A stretch of 58,617 nucleotides of DNA, filler included, from Trypethelium eluteriae (Eukaryota), in the NCBI GenBank assembly GCA_051942245.1. It is 3 parts of 3 records of this genome, joined end to end, with 100 filler letters (N's around TTAATTAATTAA, not from the genome) between each part and the next. Parts side by side here need not be neighbours in the genome. Positions count along the whole stretch, not along the records: positions 1 to 19,487 come from JAVECL010000526.1; 2 more parts are not named here. One strand, 5' to 3'. Numbering within the stretch: position 1 is the stretch's first letter; every line of letters begins with the position of its first letter. A program made the position numbers and the translations under genes. Shown piece after piece: positions 1 to 12,387 of the stretch. The notes under the pieces were generated by a model. That model saw nothing but the letters and a program-made list of their open reading frames with translations, was not told the DNA's origin and ran no database searches.

Positions 1-1
1 C

Positions 2-616
2 TACGCCCTTGCCACCCTCCAAACGCTCCTCGGCGGCGGCGGCTCCTTCTCCGCCGGCGGGCCGGGGAAAGGCATGTACTCGCGGCTGTACACGCACGTG
101 CTGAACCAGCACGGCTGGGTGGAGAGCTGCGTCGCCTTCAACCACTCGTACACCGACAGTGGGCTCTTCGGCATCTCGGCGAGCTGCGGCCCGGGCTATG
201 TCGACCAGATGCTCGAGGTCATGTGTCGCGAGTTGGCGGCGCTGACGCACGAGTCGGGCCCGAGCGCGTTGGGCGAGGGCGAGGTGCGCAGGGCGAAGAA
301 CCAGTTAAGGAGTTCGCTGTTGATGAATTTGGAGAGTCGGATGGTGGAGTTGGAGGATTTGGGGAGGCAGGTGCAGGTGCATGGGAGAAAGGTCGGGGTT
401 AGGGAGATGTGTCAAAGGATTGATGATGTGACGGTGAAGGATTTGAGGAGGGTGGCAAGGAATGTGCTTGAGGGGAGTCTGGTGAATAATGGGCAGGGGA
501 GCGGAGCGCCGACAGTGGTTTTACAGGAAGGGGAAGAGGAGGGGAGGACCTTGAAACCTATGAAATGGGGTGAGATTCAGGAAAGGATTGCGAGATGGAA
601 GTTGGGAAGGAGATGA
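2..616 (+). CDS. MAS2: Mitochondrial processing peptidase alpha subunit, C-terminal part (5' end outside window)
   Basis: The frame from nt 2 reads [30 protein letters not shown], the alpha-MPP glycine-rich loop, then [13 protein letters not shown] and [28 protein letters not shown]. Stop TGA at 614-616. Confidence 0.95.
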   Translation, partial: YALATLQTLLGGGGSFSAGGPGKGMYSRLYTHVLNQHGWVESCVAFNHSYTDSGLFGISASCGPGYVDQMLEVMCRELAALTHESGPSALGEGEVRRAKNQLRSSLLMNLESRMVELEDLGRQVQVHGRKVGVREMCQRIDDVTVKDLRRVARNVLEGSLVNNGQGSGAPTVVLQEGEEEGRTLKPMKWGEIQERIARWKLGRR

Positions 617-788
617 TCCCCACTATGTTTATTCTATGGTCTGGTGCTCCGCTCTGAAGTTACTCCGGTCAGGGTTACTTGAAGTATTATAGACGTATTT
701 TGTACGATCAAGAGGCTAGGGCTTTCGCCGTTGTGTAAATAAGGGTGTTGGATAACTATCATTTGGACCATAGGTAGAGAGCTTCGCA

Positions 789-2282
789 CTAGAGTGGAAC
801 CTCGACTGTCCTTAGCACATCTTCGATCACATCTTGAACGGTAACGTTCTCAAGCAGTTCCTTAACAGCCTCGACATTACTACCCCATTGCAAACTTCTC
901 TCGTCGTCAGGTTCGATCAGAATAATGCGATGAGTATAGACTTTTCGCGTGGCTAGTGCCACTAAAGACGGCGGCACGAATGTTAGGGCGTGAAGAGGAG
1001 CCAGAGCTCTGTGCGAAATATCAGCATATGATGCAACCAAAGTATTTCTCAGGCCAGTATGGACTGATTTCAAGCCAAATGAGGGATATACTGATGGCCG
1101 TACCGCACGAGAACATTTAGATGGCGAGTAGCTGTCGCTGAAACTCCGCCGGCCACTGCTCGATGGGCTCGTAGAAATGTGAGAACATTATGAAGGTAGC
1201 CCCGGACCTCAGCAGTAACGCGAACAGATGCAGCTAAGGATTGTAGCTCGTCAAGTTCCTGAAGATAATATCAGCGCTGCAGTACTCAATGTTGAGACTG
1301 AAACCACGGATCGCTTACGTCTTGCGAGAAGCTCAAACGATGAGAACCTTTGCCAATATAGGACGTGTCTGGAAGGCTCGATGTGTCGAAGGAATGTGAG
1401 AGACAAAACTGGTCGTTCTTTGCATACCAACAGAATCAGAATCGAAAGTCATAGTTTTTTGGCTCCTTGTACTCACAAGATGGTTAAGCAACACTCCACC
1501 AACTTGGGAGCTAACCAATGCGATAAATAAAAATCGCTTAGGAGCCGCATGGACAGCTGTCCGAGTAAAGATCCGCTTCCCTCGTATAAGCTAGATACGA
1601 GATCAATTCCGTTTGCAGTTGCAAGTCACTAATCCACACACGCACCTCCAAGGCTTGTACTTGGACGTGATGGTGGGCCAAGTTCAAGTTCTTCGCAATC
1701 ACTACGTCCGCTACCCGTCTACTGTCCAGCAAGCTCGTACTTAGACGTCCAGCAGAGTGAGATGTTCGTTTAAAAGTAGTCCGTCCAGCGTCTGCAGAGA
1801 AATATGAAGGCTACGACAGGTGAGCAAACGAGTCAGGGGATAATTTTCATGAATGCGAGTCCGTCTTCCATAAGATTTGATGCCTCCAAACAAGAGCAGC
1901 AAAAAGGGTAACAGTCACTTCAGAGCTGAATATAGAAGGAGGCTAACTTACCTCATCAAACCCCCGAGAGGGTGCATGCTCTGATCCATCCTCATCCTTG
2001 GAGTTTATGAGTATGGCATTGCTGAAGTCATCAACACTCAGGTCCCCAGTACAGTTCACCACGGCACAAGACAGCCCAAATAAATTCAAAGTAATCTATG
2101 AACATCAGGCTATTGGCCTTTTGGCACATCAAAATAGAACGTACCGCTTGTAATTCGTGCTGTGCCTCATCCAATGAATCGATTTGGTCTGCATCTACAA
2201 TACAATGCTGGCTCGCCACAAGACAAACAAGGGTTGCCAATTCTAGTTCGTCAAGGTCTTGAATTCTATCTGCCAAATTCAT
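789..2282 (-). CDS. Conserved fungal MTC2-like / degenerate MoxR-Mg-chelatase AAA-like protein, multi-exon
   Basis: Exon pieces read MNLADRIQDLDELELATLVCLVASQHCIV, ADVVIAKNLNLAHHHVQVQALE and FVPPSLVALATRKVYTHRIIL...VIEDVLRTVEVPL. They are joined by GT-AG introns on the minus strand. The family assignment is from recall. Confidence 0.6.
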
Positions 2283-2620
2283 GCTTTCCTTGGAAGTGGA
2301 AGAGTAGGTGTGATGATGGTCCCACCATCGCTGCTGCTGCGAGATCGCGGGATTTCACTGCTTTCTGCAAGCCATTTTGAACAGAATAGCAGAGTCGGTC
2401 GAGCTTTGCAGAAATTTGGCAGGTTGATTGCTGACCTTGGTCTTGTGTGTTCTTGTGGGAGTTGCAAGCGTTAAACGGAGCTGGTCCCGACGACGGAAGA
2501 CGTCCGCCTTTTTATACGTACCTCGCTCGCAGACAGCAGCATCTTCTCCTACCACAACCGCGTCCAGACGTATTGAACCGAACATATTCCCGTCGATGGG
2601 CTCCAGATTGATGCACCACA

Positions 2621-5404
2621 ATGTCAGTTCCCACTTCGGAGTGGGAGAGAGTAGGCGATCGGTTCTACCGCAAAATTCCACTCTACCAGGCTGTCTTCGA
2701 TCAAGATCTTGAGCTTGAGAACTACATCGTAGTTGGAGCTCCTCTCAGTGGTGCTGTAGGTGAGAACGAGTAAGAAAGACATACAATATAGCATTGCTAA
2801 TTCATATCAGCAATCTACCGCGATGACCAAAAAGTACACACTTTGCGAGCGCCTACGTCTGGAAAGGCAGGTATCAGCATATACAGCAGTTCAGGGAAGC
2901 TCATAAGGCATATCAGCGTACGATTCGCACTCCTTTGACATCATATGCTATTGCTAATGCGTTGAAGTGGGACAAGGGCTCAATAAAAGCTCTCGGTTGG
3001 TCAGAAGACGAGCAACTCCTCATTGTCACCTCTGACGGTTCGGTGCGCTGCTATCACGACCTCCAAGGTGACTTCGTGCCCTTCACATTGGGGAATGTAG
3101 GCTTCCACAACCGAGTTTGTCAACCATGCTAGTCTAATACGAACAGGGTGCGGAAGAACATGGAGTTCTCGAATGTCGATTTTGGTCATCCGGTTTTGTA
3201 GCTCTCTTAGGGAACAATACTCTCGTCGCTGTCTCAAACTACGACGAACCTCGTCCAAAATTGTTGGCGAAGCCTCCCACCGAACACGTCGTATCATGGG
3301 CGATTATACCTCCATCTCAGAGCCTCTCGCTTTCTGTTGAGGTTTTACTCGCGGTTCGGCAAACGATCTATGTGATTGATATCTCTGAATCTGAAGACCG
3401 AATGTTGCAAAGAGGCCCTTTCGATCATATCAGCATATCCGAGAACGGCAAATTCGTTGCACTCTATACAGAGGATGGCAAGGTATGGGTCATCAGTAGC
3501 GATTTTCAGAACAAATTGAGCGAGTACGACACACAAGCAAGGACACGACCGAGAGCGATGGAGTGGTGCGGCAACAACGCAGTTGTCCTGGCTTGGGAGG
3601 ATGAGGTCCATATTGTTGGACCTAATGGTGCTTCTTCTAAGCAAGTAACCGGAGGAGGGCAACGATTCTCGGGCTGACTCAATGTAGATTCTTTTACGAC
3701 AATTGGGTCCATCTAATTCCCGACATTGATGGCGTTCGTATCTTGACGAATGACGTTTGCGAATTTCTTCAGAAAGTCCCAGGTATGTCTGGAGCTCTTC
3801 TTTTAATGAGGTCGCTGATGGATGTTACCAGATGTTGTTGAGGATACTTTCAGACTGGGATCGACCTCATCGTCTTCCGTTCTCGTCGATGCTGCGCGTC
3901 AGCTAGAGAATCAGTCTCCAAAAGCAGATGACAGCATCAAGTTGATACGTCCCGTCTTAGACGAGGCTGTGGATGCCTGCATTAAAGCCGCCGGCCACGA
4001 GTATCGCATTCCCCTCCAGAAGCAACTACTGAAGGCGGCGTCCTTTGGGAAATCAGTACTCGATCTGTATAACAGCGATGATTTTGTCGACATGTGTGAA
4101 TTACTACGCGTGCTAAACGCCATACGATTCTATGAAATTGGTCTGCCGATATCGTACGACCAATTTCTACGGTTAACGCCCGAGAGACTGGTGAAGAGGC
4201 TGATCAATCGGTCGGAATATTTGCTGGCTCTGCGAATATCGGATTACCTTCATCTATCGACGGAAAGAATCTATGTTCACTGGGCGTCGCAAAAAGTCCG
4301 CCTATCTACAGACAATGATGAAGAAACTTGTCGACTTATTGTCGAAAGGTTGAAGGGCAAGGTAGCCGTCTCTTACGAAGAGATAGCAAAAGCTGCTTTT
4401 GATGAAGGGCGGGCCCAACTTGCCACTGGACTTCTGAACCAAGAACCCCGAGCGGGAAAGCAAGTGCCCTTACTACTGAATATGGAGGAAGACTCGATCG
4501 CACTGGACAAGGCCATTGAAAGTGGAGATACGGACCTGATTCTTTATGTACTGTTGCACATGAAAAAGAAACTACCCTTGGCAACGTTTTTCCGAACAAT
4601 CAACACACGTCCACTGGCTACCGCGATGATTGAAACTCTAGCTTTAGAACAGGACAGGGATTTAGCCAAGGATCTATATTACCAGGACGACCGCAGACTA
4701 GATGGCTCCAACCTTTCATTGCTGGAGGCACTCAGACAGAAAGAACCTGGCCCAAAAGCCGATAAGCTAAAAGCAGCTGGGAGATTATTGCAAGACTCCA
4801 AAGAGAACACTTTTCAGGCAAAAGCAATCGATGAGGCACAGAAGCTCATCAAAGTCCAAACAGCCCTTGATACCGAGCTTGACGTACACTTATCTGGACT
4901 GTCGGTCAACGAAACAATATTTGAACTAATTCGGATCGGTTCGATAAAGAGGGCGCAGAAGATGCAATCAGACTTCAAGGTGCCAGACAAGACATACTGG
5001 TGGATAAGGTTACGAGCACTTGTGGCAAAGAGAGATTGGACCGAATTGGAGGAAATAGGCAAGAACAGGCGTAGCCCGATTGGTTGGGAGGTAAGTACTT
5101 CTAGGATGATTAGATTTATATCATCCCTGCTGACCAGTACTTCCCATAGCCATTCTTCAACGATATCTTGTCTGCTGGAAACACAAGGCTGGCATCTGTG
5201 TTCATTCCCAAATGCACTGCCTTGCCAGTGACAGAACGGATAGAGATGTGGCTGAAGTGCGGACTCGTTGTGAAGGCCGCTGAAGAGGCTTCTCGAGCGA
5301 AAGACATGGAGAGTCTCGAAATGTTGCGAGGCAGAGCAACTGGCAATGCTGCTCTGGAAGTCGAGCGACTGATATCCCAAGTGACACCTCAAAAGAGGAG
5401 ATGA
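2621..5404 (+). CDS. VPS16: Vacuolar protein sorting 16 (HOPS/CORVET core subunit), multi-exon
   Basis: Starts MSVPTSEWERVGDRFYRK and includes QKQLLKAASFGKS, QVPLLLNMEED..ALDKAIESGDTDL, FKVPDKTYWWIRLRALV and SPIGWEPF. Several short introns, one of them GC-AG (3641-3687). Confidence 0.95.
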
Positions 5405-5693
5405 GGTCGTGCTTCGTTTTGGTCAACCCTGATTTTCAAAATATACCACTCCACGCGCTGCGTTGACCTCGATGCAGAACGTAAATCCTCTCCCGTACTA
5501 TACATTGTTCACTCATGACAGCTCATCGTTACAGATGAGCTGCTCCATCGAAAAGTATTCAAGTCCTCTCTATTTGCCGCATCCCGTATGATGTCAGAGC
5601 TGTGGTATCCAAGCATCCTTCATGCTCCATTCCCCCGAGTCATTATCATCCTGCGTGAGGGACATGATGGCCAGGCAGCCACCGACACAAAGC

Positions 5694-7592
5694 TCAATTC
5701 CCTTGAGTCTCTCCAAGTGGTCCGCGTACCCCAAATCTTGACCGATCATCCGCCATCTTCTTCCTGAAAAGCGCCAAATCCTTCAGAATATCATTTGCGC
5801 GCGTGTGAACCTCATGCGTCACCTCATCCTTCCCATCATGATACCCTTCGTCCTCATCTTCCTCGTACTCCTCAACCGGCACATTCTCTTTGTCTCCTTC
5901 CATCTCCACGCCCGAATCCGGCTCGCTCTTCGCTATCGGCAGCCTAATGGGATTCTTAAGCTCGCCCACCACAAGCCCCAAATGCCGCCTCAAACTACTG
6001 ATCTCACGCTCCAACGTCTCATTCAATGGCCGCAGCTCCTCGACCTCATTCGTCAGCGCCCGAATCTTGCACTCGCTGACCTGCCGCGTCTCCTCCATGA
6101 GCCGCTGCATCGCCTGCACCTGCTTCTGATAGTCCTCAAGCTCCGTCGCCTGGCGATCGAAATCCTCGCGCTTCCGCGTCGCCGCCGCATTGAGATTATT
6201 CTGCAGCGTGCGTATCGTCTCCTGCATACTGAGGATCTTGGCATCGCGCTCGGCCGCAGTGACGGCGTCCTGGTTGACCGTGGCCCGGGTGCGGATGCGT
6301 TTCGCCTGGTCGGCGTAGCGCAGCGTCGACAGTGTCTCGTCGTAATCCGAGGGCGCGATGCAGGCCACCATGGCGGTTTTGGAGTTGCCCCCTAGCGAGT
6401 CTTTGAGCAGCCAGGTGAGCACGGAGTCGCGGTAGGGGACGACGTCGCGGGTCCGGGACGCCTTGCCGGAGCTGCTGCTGCCCCGTCGTTGTCGCTTGGG
6501 ATCTGCGAGGGCGCCGATCACGCGTCCGAGCGTGCTGAGAGATTGGTTGATGTTGCCGCCTTCGCGGAGACGTTGGCCGGTTGCTTCGGTGGACTTGGCG
6601 CGTTCGGAGCCTGCTAGGTCGACGAGTCTCATGCGGGCGCAGCGCTCGATGGTCTCGTCTGTACTCATGTCGTGCTGGATTTGCTTGAGCATTATGGTGA
6701 AGACTGCGTGAGAGCGAGAGGACGTGTCATTCATTTTTGTGGACGCAGTGGTTCGATTCTGAAAGACTTTGTTAGCATTCATTTGTCCGATCGAGTGTTC
6801 TTCATACGATATCTCCAATCCTCATCAGCCGCTCGACATCTGCGTAACATTTCACTGGCTCGTCTGTTAAGTTCTGGACATAAACACCGTCGGCCTTAGA
6901 TTCCCGGATTTTCAGATATTGTGTTGCATTCGTTCGAGCAACTAGAAGATCTCGAACATGCTCGTTGTAAACTTCGAAGTAGGAAACATGAACGTTGTAA
7001 GTAATGCTCGAGGACTGTTCAGATTCGATGCGTTCAAAGAGTCCCTCACAAGTCCGCGGTATTAATCCAGGCTGTTCTGATGAGCCCATCATGGTATAGC
7101 TCTTGCCCGATCCTGTCTGTCCGTATGCGAAAATGCAGGTATGGTACCCATCGAAGTTGTGATCCAAGAATTCTTCCCCGAAAGAATTGTAAATGTCCTC
7201 CTGATGTGCATAGTGGGCATCTGCTTCGTTATGAGACCAAAATGACTTGTCGAACGTAAATGACTTGTCCTCAAAGATTTTGCGCGATTGTGAACGGGAG
7301 TTCGCTGGATCTATCTCGCTGGGCGCATTGAGGGTCGTTTTTTGTGAGGCTGGATCCATTTTGACAAGGCACCTTGCTCCTCTTTCAATTTCTGATTGTG
7401 TCAGCTTCGCGACAAATTCAAGATCGCTTCACTCGTACCTCGCTTAATGAATTTCCTCACACGTACAACGACTTTAACGTTGCCGCTGTCACTGTCAAGA
7501 AAGCTAGAATCCATTGCGCTAATGGCAGGCTCTCTGGCACGAAGCGACGGCGCCGATGCTGTTGATCCGTACATGTGTTGCTCATATGCCAT
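5694..7592 (-). CDS. Short fungal kinesin-3 (Nkin3/Kin3-type) motor protein
   Basis: Motor motifs [34 protein letters not shown] (P-loop), [39 protein letters not shown] and ETLSTLRYA. It has a short coiled-coil tail with no visible FHA or PH domain, and two introns. Confidence 0.92.
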
Positions 7593-7670
7593 GTCTCAAA
7601 TGTTCTCGCTGCATCGATTGCGTAGTATTCCGTTTGAATGCTAGATATGGAATATACACCACGGAAGGCG

Positions 7671-7728
7671 TGGACGCGACGTGACGTGACGTTGTTTACT
7701 TGTAAACTGCGCAGGGTTGCCGGGTAAC
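7671..7728. promoter_or_regulatory. Motif cluster in the kinesin/TRM3 divergent promoter (ACGCG, TGACGT repeats, forkhead-like sites, RFX X-box)
   Basis: GACGCGACGTGACGTGACG, TTGTTTAC (7692-7699), TGTAAACT (7701-7708) and GTTGCCGGGTAAC (7716-7728). Confidence 0.45.
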
Positions 7729-7928
7729 AGCCGGGAATTCTGTTATAAACTACACGCTGAAACTCGACTGCCAGGTACCTTGACCTCACCTACAGAAACC
7801 ACTACGGGAAATCAATGCCGGCCCAGAATCTTGGATGATATCCTTCGTTCAGGGAACTCTATTTTGGAGGTAGCTACCGGCTTCTATCCTTCGGGGCGAT
7901 AGCAAGGTGACAGAACTTGCTACTAGGA

Positions 7929-10900
7929 ATGGCCTCACAGTCTGCAGGATCTGTATTGGGGAAGACTTTGGCCGCATATTTAACACCCGACCAGAAGCGG
8001 ACCTTGATTCCGCAAATATCTCAATGCTTTCGACAAGATGATGTGCCAAACGACAACGAGTTCTTGCTATCTCTCTTCGCTGAAGTGAGCGACGTTGAGA
8101 ATGAAAGGAAGTTGCCTCAATATCTCGACCGTCTCATCACTGAGAGCACTTCCAGTACATCGGCATTGAAATGTGCAGCCAGTCTCTGCGCTGGTCGCCC
8201 AGATGTTTGGTTCTCACTGCTTTCAATGCTTACTCAGCGTCTTGGACAGTTTTTGTCTAAGCAGCAGCGTGCTAAGGAATGGACTGATGATGCCCTTCGT
8301 GACATACCTGTGCTTCTCTCCGCTCAAGAGCTTATCCAATCTACAACTCTCAAGGATGAATCAAACCGGGGATTATTGGTCACCGAAGCTCAAGCTTATC
8401 TCCACTTCCTCAAGACGATATTTTTATCAGCGCACGATGAAGCGTTATCCTTTCCTTATGTCCTTTTCTCTTATTCACTCGCCCTATTTGATAGCGATAG
8501 TGACGTCGTTGCGGCGGCTGCTAAGGAAATGATATTTGCTTTGCTTTCGTCTGCTACGTATAAGAACATCAACGTTTTCTCTAAGTCGTCCAAGCAGAGT
8601 CCCATAGATCCTACGGAATTCTCAACTCTCATCTGGCGTCGAATAAATCCTGATACCCAAGACATACATGCAAAGCGCACTGCTCTTCAGCTTCGTCTTA
8701 GATGGACCGCTCTTCCGCATCCCTGGGGACCTTCGAAAGAAATATTAAGCCAGGATGAGTATTGGAGATCTCTTCAGGAGGGTCTCCGGACTGGTTTTGC
8801 TGAGCAGAAGAAAACGTGTCTCTACATACTGCGTCTTTCTATTCTAATGATTGAGCATGACATTGACCTAGATCATATGAATTTCACCAATACCGCAAAG
8901 GCCGCGCTTCTGACCCAATACGAGCGGTATTGTGCAGTCTATGAGACTCTTGTTATTACAAGGTATATCAATCAAGTAGAGGCCTGCTTACACGATCTAG
9001 ACTTTCTTGCTTCATCTACGTGCCTCGTCCACAAATCTTGGCTTTACGCACTTTTAGAGGCTGCAATGGGGCCCGTTATGCAAGATAGCATAAGGAACTT
9101 TACTGGCCGTTGGTTCACGAAAACGTCTAACTGGTCCATGCAAGGCCAAGCAGATCTGGTACATTTGCTTGAAGTTGCCTACTTGCCTTGGGCTACGCGA
9201 GGGCATCTTTACACATCTAGTCTCGTTGTTCGGGGTCAGACATGTATCTGTAGACACGGGCAATCTATTGCCAACTTCATCAACCAGCTACTGGTCAATT
9301 CTCATGACAATGGTGATGGAGTTACCTCTCGAAGCATGGCAAGAGTACTTATCGACTTTATGGCGATGAAGGGTCGTAACCTTTTCGCCTACGCTGGCAT
9401 ATACTTACTTCTCGGGCTTATTCGGGGGTTAGGAGCAGCGCCGGAGCCACTGCTTGACATAGAGAACGATCAAGTCATACTCAAGATCGTAGCTCATGAC
9501 AATCTCGCAGAGGTCGCCCAAGAGTTCTATCGCGCTGCGTCTTACTCCATCCTGGAATTATTAGGTTCCCCTCATGCAGGCCATCAATTAATGAAATCCT
9601 TGCCTTCGTCCAGTGAAGAGAACCTGTCAAAATCCGGGAACTCAATGACCAAATGGCCTGAACGTCTGCTTGTTTGGAAGAATCTCTCAGCTAAGAAGTT
9701 TTCTTACGATGATGATGGTTTCTCTAAATTGGTAGACCCTACCGTGGAAAACTTCGTCGTCATCGTCCATACCTCTCAATACAGCTGTCTTAGACGAGAG
9801 TGTCTGAGCATTGCCTGCGACTACTTAGAGGATAGCCTGCATCATGTAACAGCCCCGGTTTCGCCATGCAATCTTCTAATCGCTCTTGAGGCAATATGGA
9901 ATGAGGCTGAGATTCAAGATTATCCAAAGCACATACTCCTGCGTATACCTCGACTGTTTCTGCACAAGACCTGTCTCACGACAATGACAAATGAACAGTC
10001 TCAACCCGACGACCTCCACGAACTGATCCAAAGGGTCATCTTTGAGCTACAAAGCATGGCAGAAAATAGAATCTACGTGCTAAGTCCTTTAGCAAGAGCA
10101 CTTCGGCTCTCAATCCTACGCGACGACCAGTTTGCCAGAAACTTTGCGCTCAAAGAATTTGTGGTGAACTTTGCCAACCGTCCCCCGTCTCCAAAGCTGG
10201 AATTTCTACTCGAACTCGCAATCGTACCACTATTTGGGCAACTATCTAGATCTACGCCGCAGAGAATACGCTATGAAGATTACTACGGCATTCGCGAAGG
10301 ATACGGATACGCATGCATCTATGATATGTTGAATAGAGTCATTTTGGATACTGACAGTGCAAGGTCTATCCTTGATGAACTGTTGGATCCTTGGATCAAT
10401 CAACGACGAGATACTCCAGTCGTGAGCAAATGGAAGACGACAGTACAACTGCAAATAATGTTTTTGGTCATGGACCAAGCGATCGGAAGCTTCTCTGCTA
10501 CCGCTACGAGCCGAAGCCGCGAGTACTTCGACAAGCTTCTAGGTATTCTGTCAATCGAGCCCCTTCCACGATATCGATTCCTCATCGAATGCATTGTATT
10601 CCAGGTTTTAGCTCAAGATGGAAGCCTCCGCGATGCTTTGTTACATATACTACAGGGCTACGACCAGTCAAATCCTAAATATGTTGCCTCGTTGATGAGA
10701 CTAGCGGTGGCAGTGGCTCGGCTTGAGGACTCGACGGCTACCTACGCGCAAGATGTTATGACAATTTTGGTGACCATGGCTGCTTCACCAAAGGTGATGA
10801 TACGTCATGAAGCTCAATGGTCTTTCCCGTTTCTTTGGAATCATGCCGCGACAAGTCGTCTCACGAATATCACGGAGAATCCTGCGTTCGCCGCTCTAAA

Positions 10901-11942
10901 TGGTTATATCAGAAATCTGGAACAATATACGACACCTCCGCCTGGCCGAAAGCTCGAGCCTCTCGATCCTAGTAGAGGTTTGACGATGTATAATATTGTT
11001 CAAGGTCCGTTCTTACAGCTCTATCCTCCGGAAGAAGAGCACGCAAGGGTAACAGACTTTGAACTCATCTTTGCGGACAAAGTTGAGATGGAAGGTCTGC
11101 CCCCGGCTCGAATCCCATCCGGCGAATTGCCTACGGATATAAATGGCACAGAGGATGATCATGAATGGAGTTCTCAAGACCGTTTTATAGAGCAAATGAA
11201 GCCTGAAGTCGTTGACATGGAGGCCGAAATATCGATTCCAATCCAGACAAAAGGTGCTGCGTGGCAAGCAAATGCATTAGATAGTATTTCGTCCGCTGAA
11301 AATCACTTGGTGGATTCTCACGCGTCTCTTGTTCTCATTGCAAGTCTAATCAAGAATCCTCACAACCTTGGTGGACTGTCCAGGGTAGCAGAGATTTTTG
11401 GGGTTGGAGCTTTGCATATAGCTTCTCGGACCGTTCTTACGAACAAGGAATTTCTAGCAGTCAGCATGACCTCAGAGCAACATCTGAACATACAGGAAAC
11501 GCCTCTGGAGACAAGGAAAGGAGGCACAGGTGGTATCACAGCAGAGGTTGAAGGGCTTGCTAAGACTCTATTAGAAATGAGAGGGAACGGCTACAAAATC
11601 ATCGGAATTGAACAGACTGATGGGAGCGTCGTGCTTGGCGGAGAAGATGCAGCTAGGCTCCTGACTATGAGCTCAAGGAAGACCGCCGCGGCTGTAGTGG
11701 ACGAGTCCAAAAGTCCTGAAAGAGAGCGGTGGGGGCAATCCATGGGCTACGATCAAGCAAAGACGAACAAGAAGATGGCACTCGTGCTCGGCAGCGAGAA
11801 AGAGGGTATCCCTGCGTGGATCTTGAAGGAATGTGATGCTTGTATCGAAATCCCACAAATTGGCGTTACTAGAAGCCTCAATGTTCAAACAGCCGCTGCA
11901 GCAGTGTTGTATGAGTATACGAGGCTCAATAGGATCAAATGA
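7929..11942 (+). CDS. TRM3: tRNA (guanosine-18-2'-O)-methyltransferase, Trm3/TARBP1 family
   Basis: Long intronless ORF with a helical N-terminal region and a C-terminal SpoU domain: LVLIASLIKNPHNLGGLSRVAEIFG, IIGIEQT, LVLGSEKEGIP, IEIPQIGVTRSLNVQTA. First ATG at 7929. Confidence 0.92.
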   Translation: MASQSAGSVLGKTLAAYLTPDQKRTLIPQISQCFRQDDVPNDNEFLLSLFAEVSDVENERKLPQYLDRLITESTSSTSALKCAASLCAGRPDVWFSLLSMLTQRLGQFLSKQQRAKEWTDDALRDIPVLLSAQELIQSTTLKDESNRGLLVTEAQAYLHFLKTIFLSAHDEALSFPYVLFSYSLALFDSDSDVVAAAAKEMIFALLSSATYKNINVFSKSSKQSPIDPTEFSTLIWRRINPDTQDIHAKRTALQLRLRWTALPHPWGPSKEILSQDEYWRSLQEGLRTGFAEQKKTCLYILRLSILMIEHDIDLDHMNFTNTAKAALLTQYERYCAVYETLVITRYINQVEACLHDLDFLASSTCLVHKSWLYALLEAAMGPVMQDSIRNFTGRWFTKTSNWSMQGQADLVHLLEVAYLPWATRGHLYTSSLVVRGQTCICRHGQSIANFINQLLVNSHDNGDGVTSRSMARVLIDFMAMKGRNLFAYAGIYLLLGLIRGLGAAPEPLLDIENDQVILKIVAHDNLAEVAQEFYRAASYSILELLGSPHAGHQLMKSLPSSSEENLSKSGNSMTKWPERLLVWKNLSAKKFSYDDDGFSKLVDPTVENFVVIVHTSQYSCLRRECLSIACDYLEDSLHHVTAPVSPCNLLIALEAIWNEAEIQDYPKHILLRIPRLFLHKTCLTTMTNEQSQPDDLHELIQRVIFELQSMAENRIYVLSPLARALRLSILRDDQFARNFALKEFVVNFANRPPSPKLEFLLELAIVPLFGQLSRSTPQRIRYEDYYGIREGYGYACIYDMLNRVILDTDSARSILDELLDPWINQRRDTPVVSKWKTTVQLQIMFLVMDQAIGSFSATATSRSREYFDKLLGILSIEPLPRYRFLIECIVFQVLAQDGSLRDALLHILQGYDQSNPKYVASLMRLAVAVARLEDSTATYAQDVMTILVTMAASPKVMIRHEAQWSFPFLWNHAATSRLTNITENPAFAALNGYIRNLEQYTTPPPGRKLEPLDPSRGLTMYNIVQGPFLQLYPPEEEHARVTDFELIFADKVEMEGLPPARIPSGELPTDINGTEDDHEWSSQDRFIEQMKPEVVDMEAEISIPIQTKGAAWQANALDSISSAENHLVDSHASLVLIASLIKNPHNLGGLSRVAEIFGVGALHIASRTVLTNKEFLAVSMTSEQHLNIQETPLETRKGGTGGITAEVEGLAKTLLEMRGNGYKIIGIEQTDGSVVLGGEDAARLLTMSSRKTAAAVVDESKSPERERWGQSMGYDQAKTNKKMALVLGSEKEGIPAWILKECDACIEIPQIGVTRSLNVQTAAAAVLYEYTRLNRIK

Positions 11943-12387
11943 ACCTATCGTCGAGAGCTCGAGATACATTAGGTACCTCGTACTGCAGTTTAGTAATCAC
12001 TCCTAGCTCCAAACCGGTGACTAGGCATCGATAGATGCGCGTCAGATTCCTCTCGGAGACTTCCGCTAATCCTATTCAATCCGGTGATCCTTGGCTTTAG
12101 TTATTACTAAGCCGCATACATTGCTTCTCAGGTTCATTGCATTGCATACTCCGTACACTTCAGTGGCTGCCAACTTCCAAGGCCGCAAAGGAGGCTGACC
12201 TCTAGGCAAATTATCCAAAGACTTCCCGGCTGCGTCCAGCCCATAGCTGGTGTCACTGCGCGGCTACATTGACCGTCACTCGGACTCGGAGCTGTTCTAA
12301 AGTCCACACTGAGCCCTACGCTATCTCAGTAGGGTCTTTGAACGACATTCTTCACGGCCGAGCTGCGACTTATTTGTTTGTCGTACA

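Noticed and set aside
5805..6395. Long antisense or alternative-frame ORFs over kinesin, DES1, NAB2, MAP2 and EHD3
   Set aside because: They are shadow ORFs caused by GC-rich codon usage in real genes and have no domains of their own.
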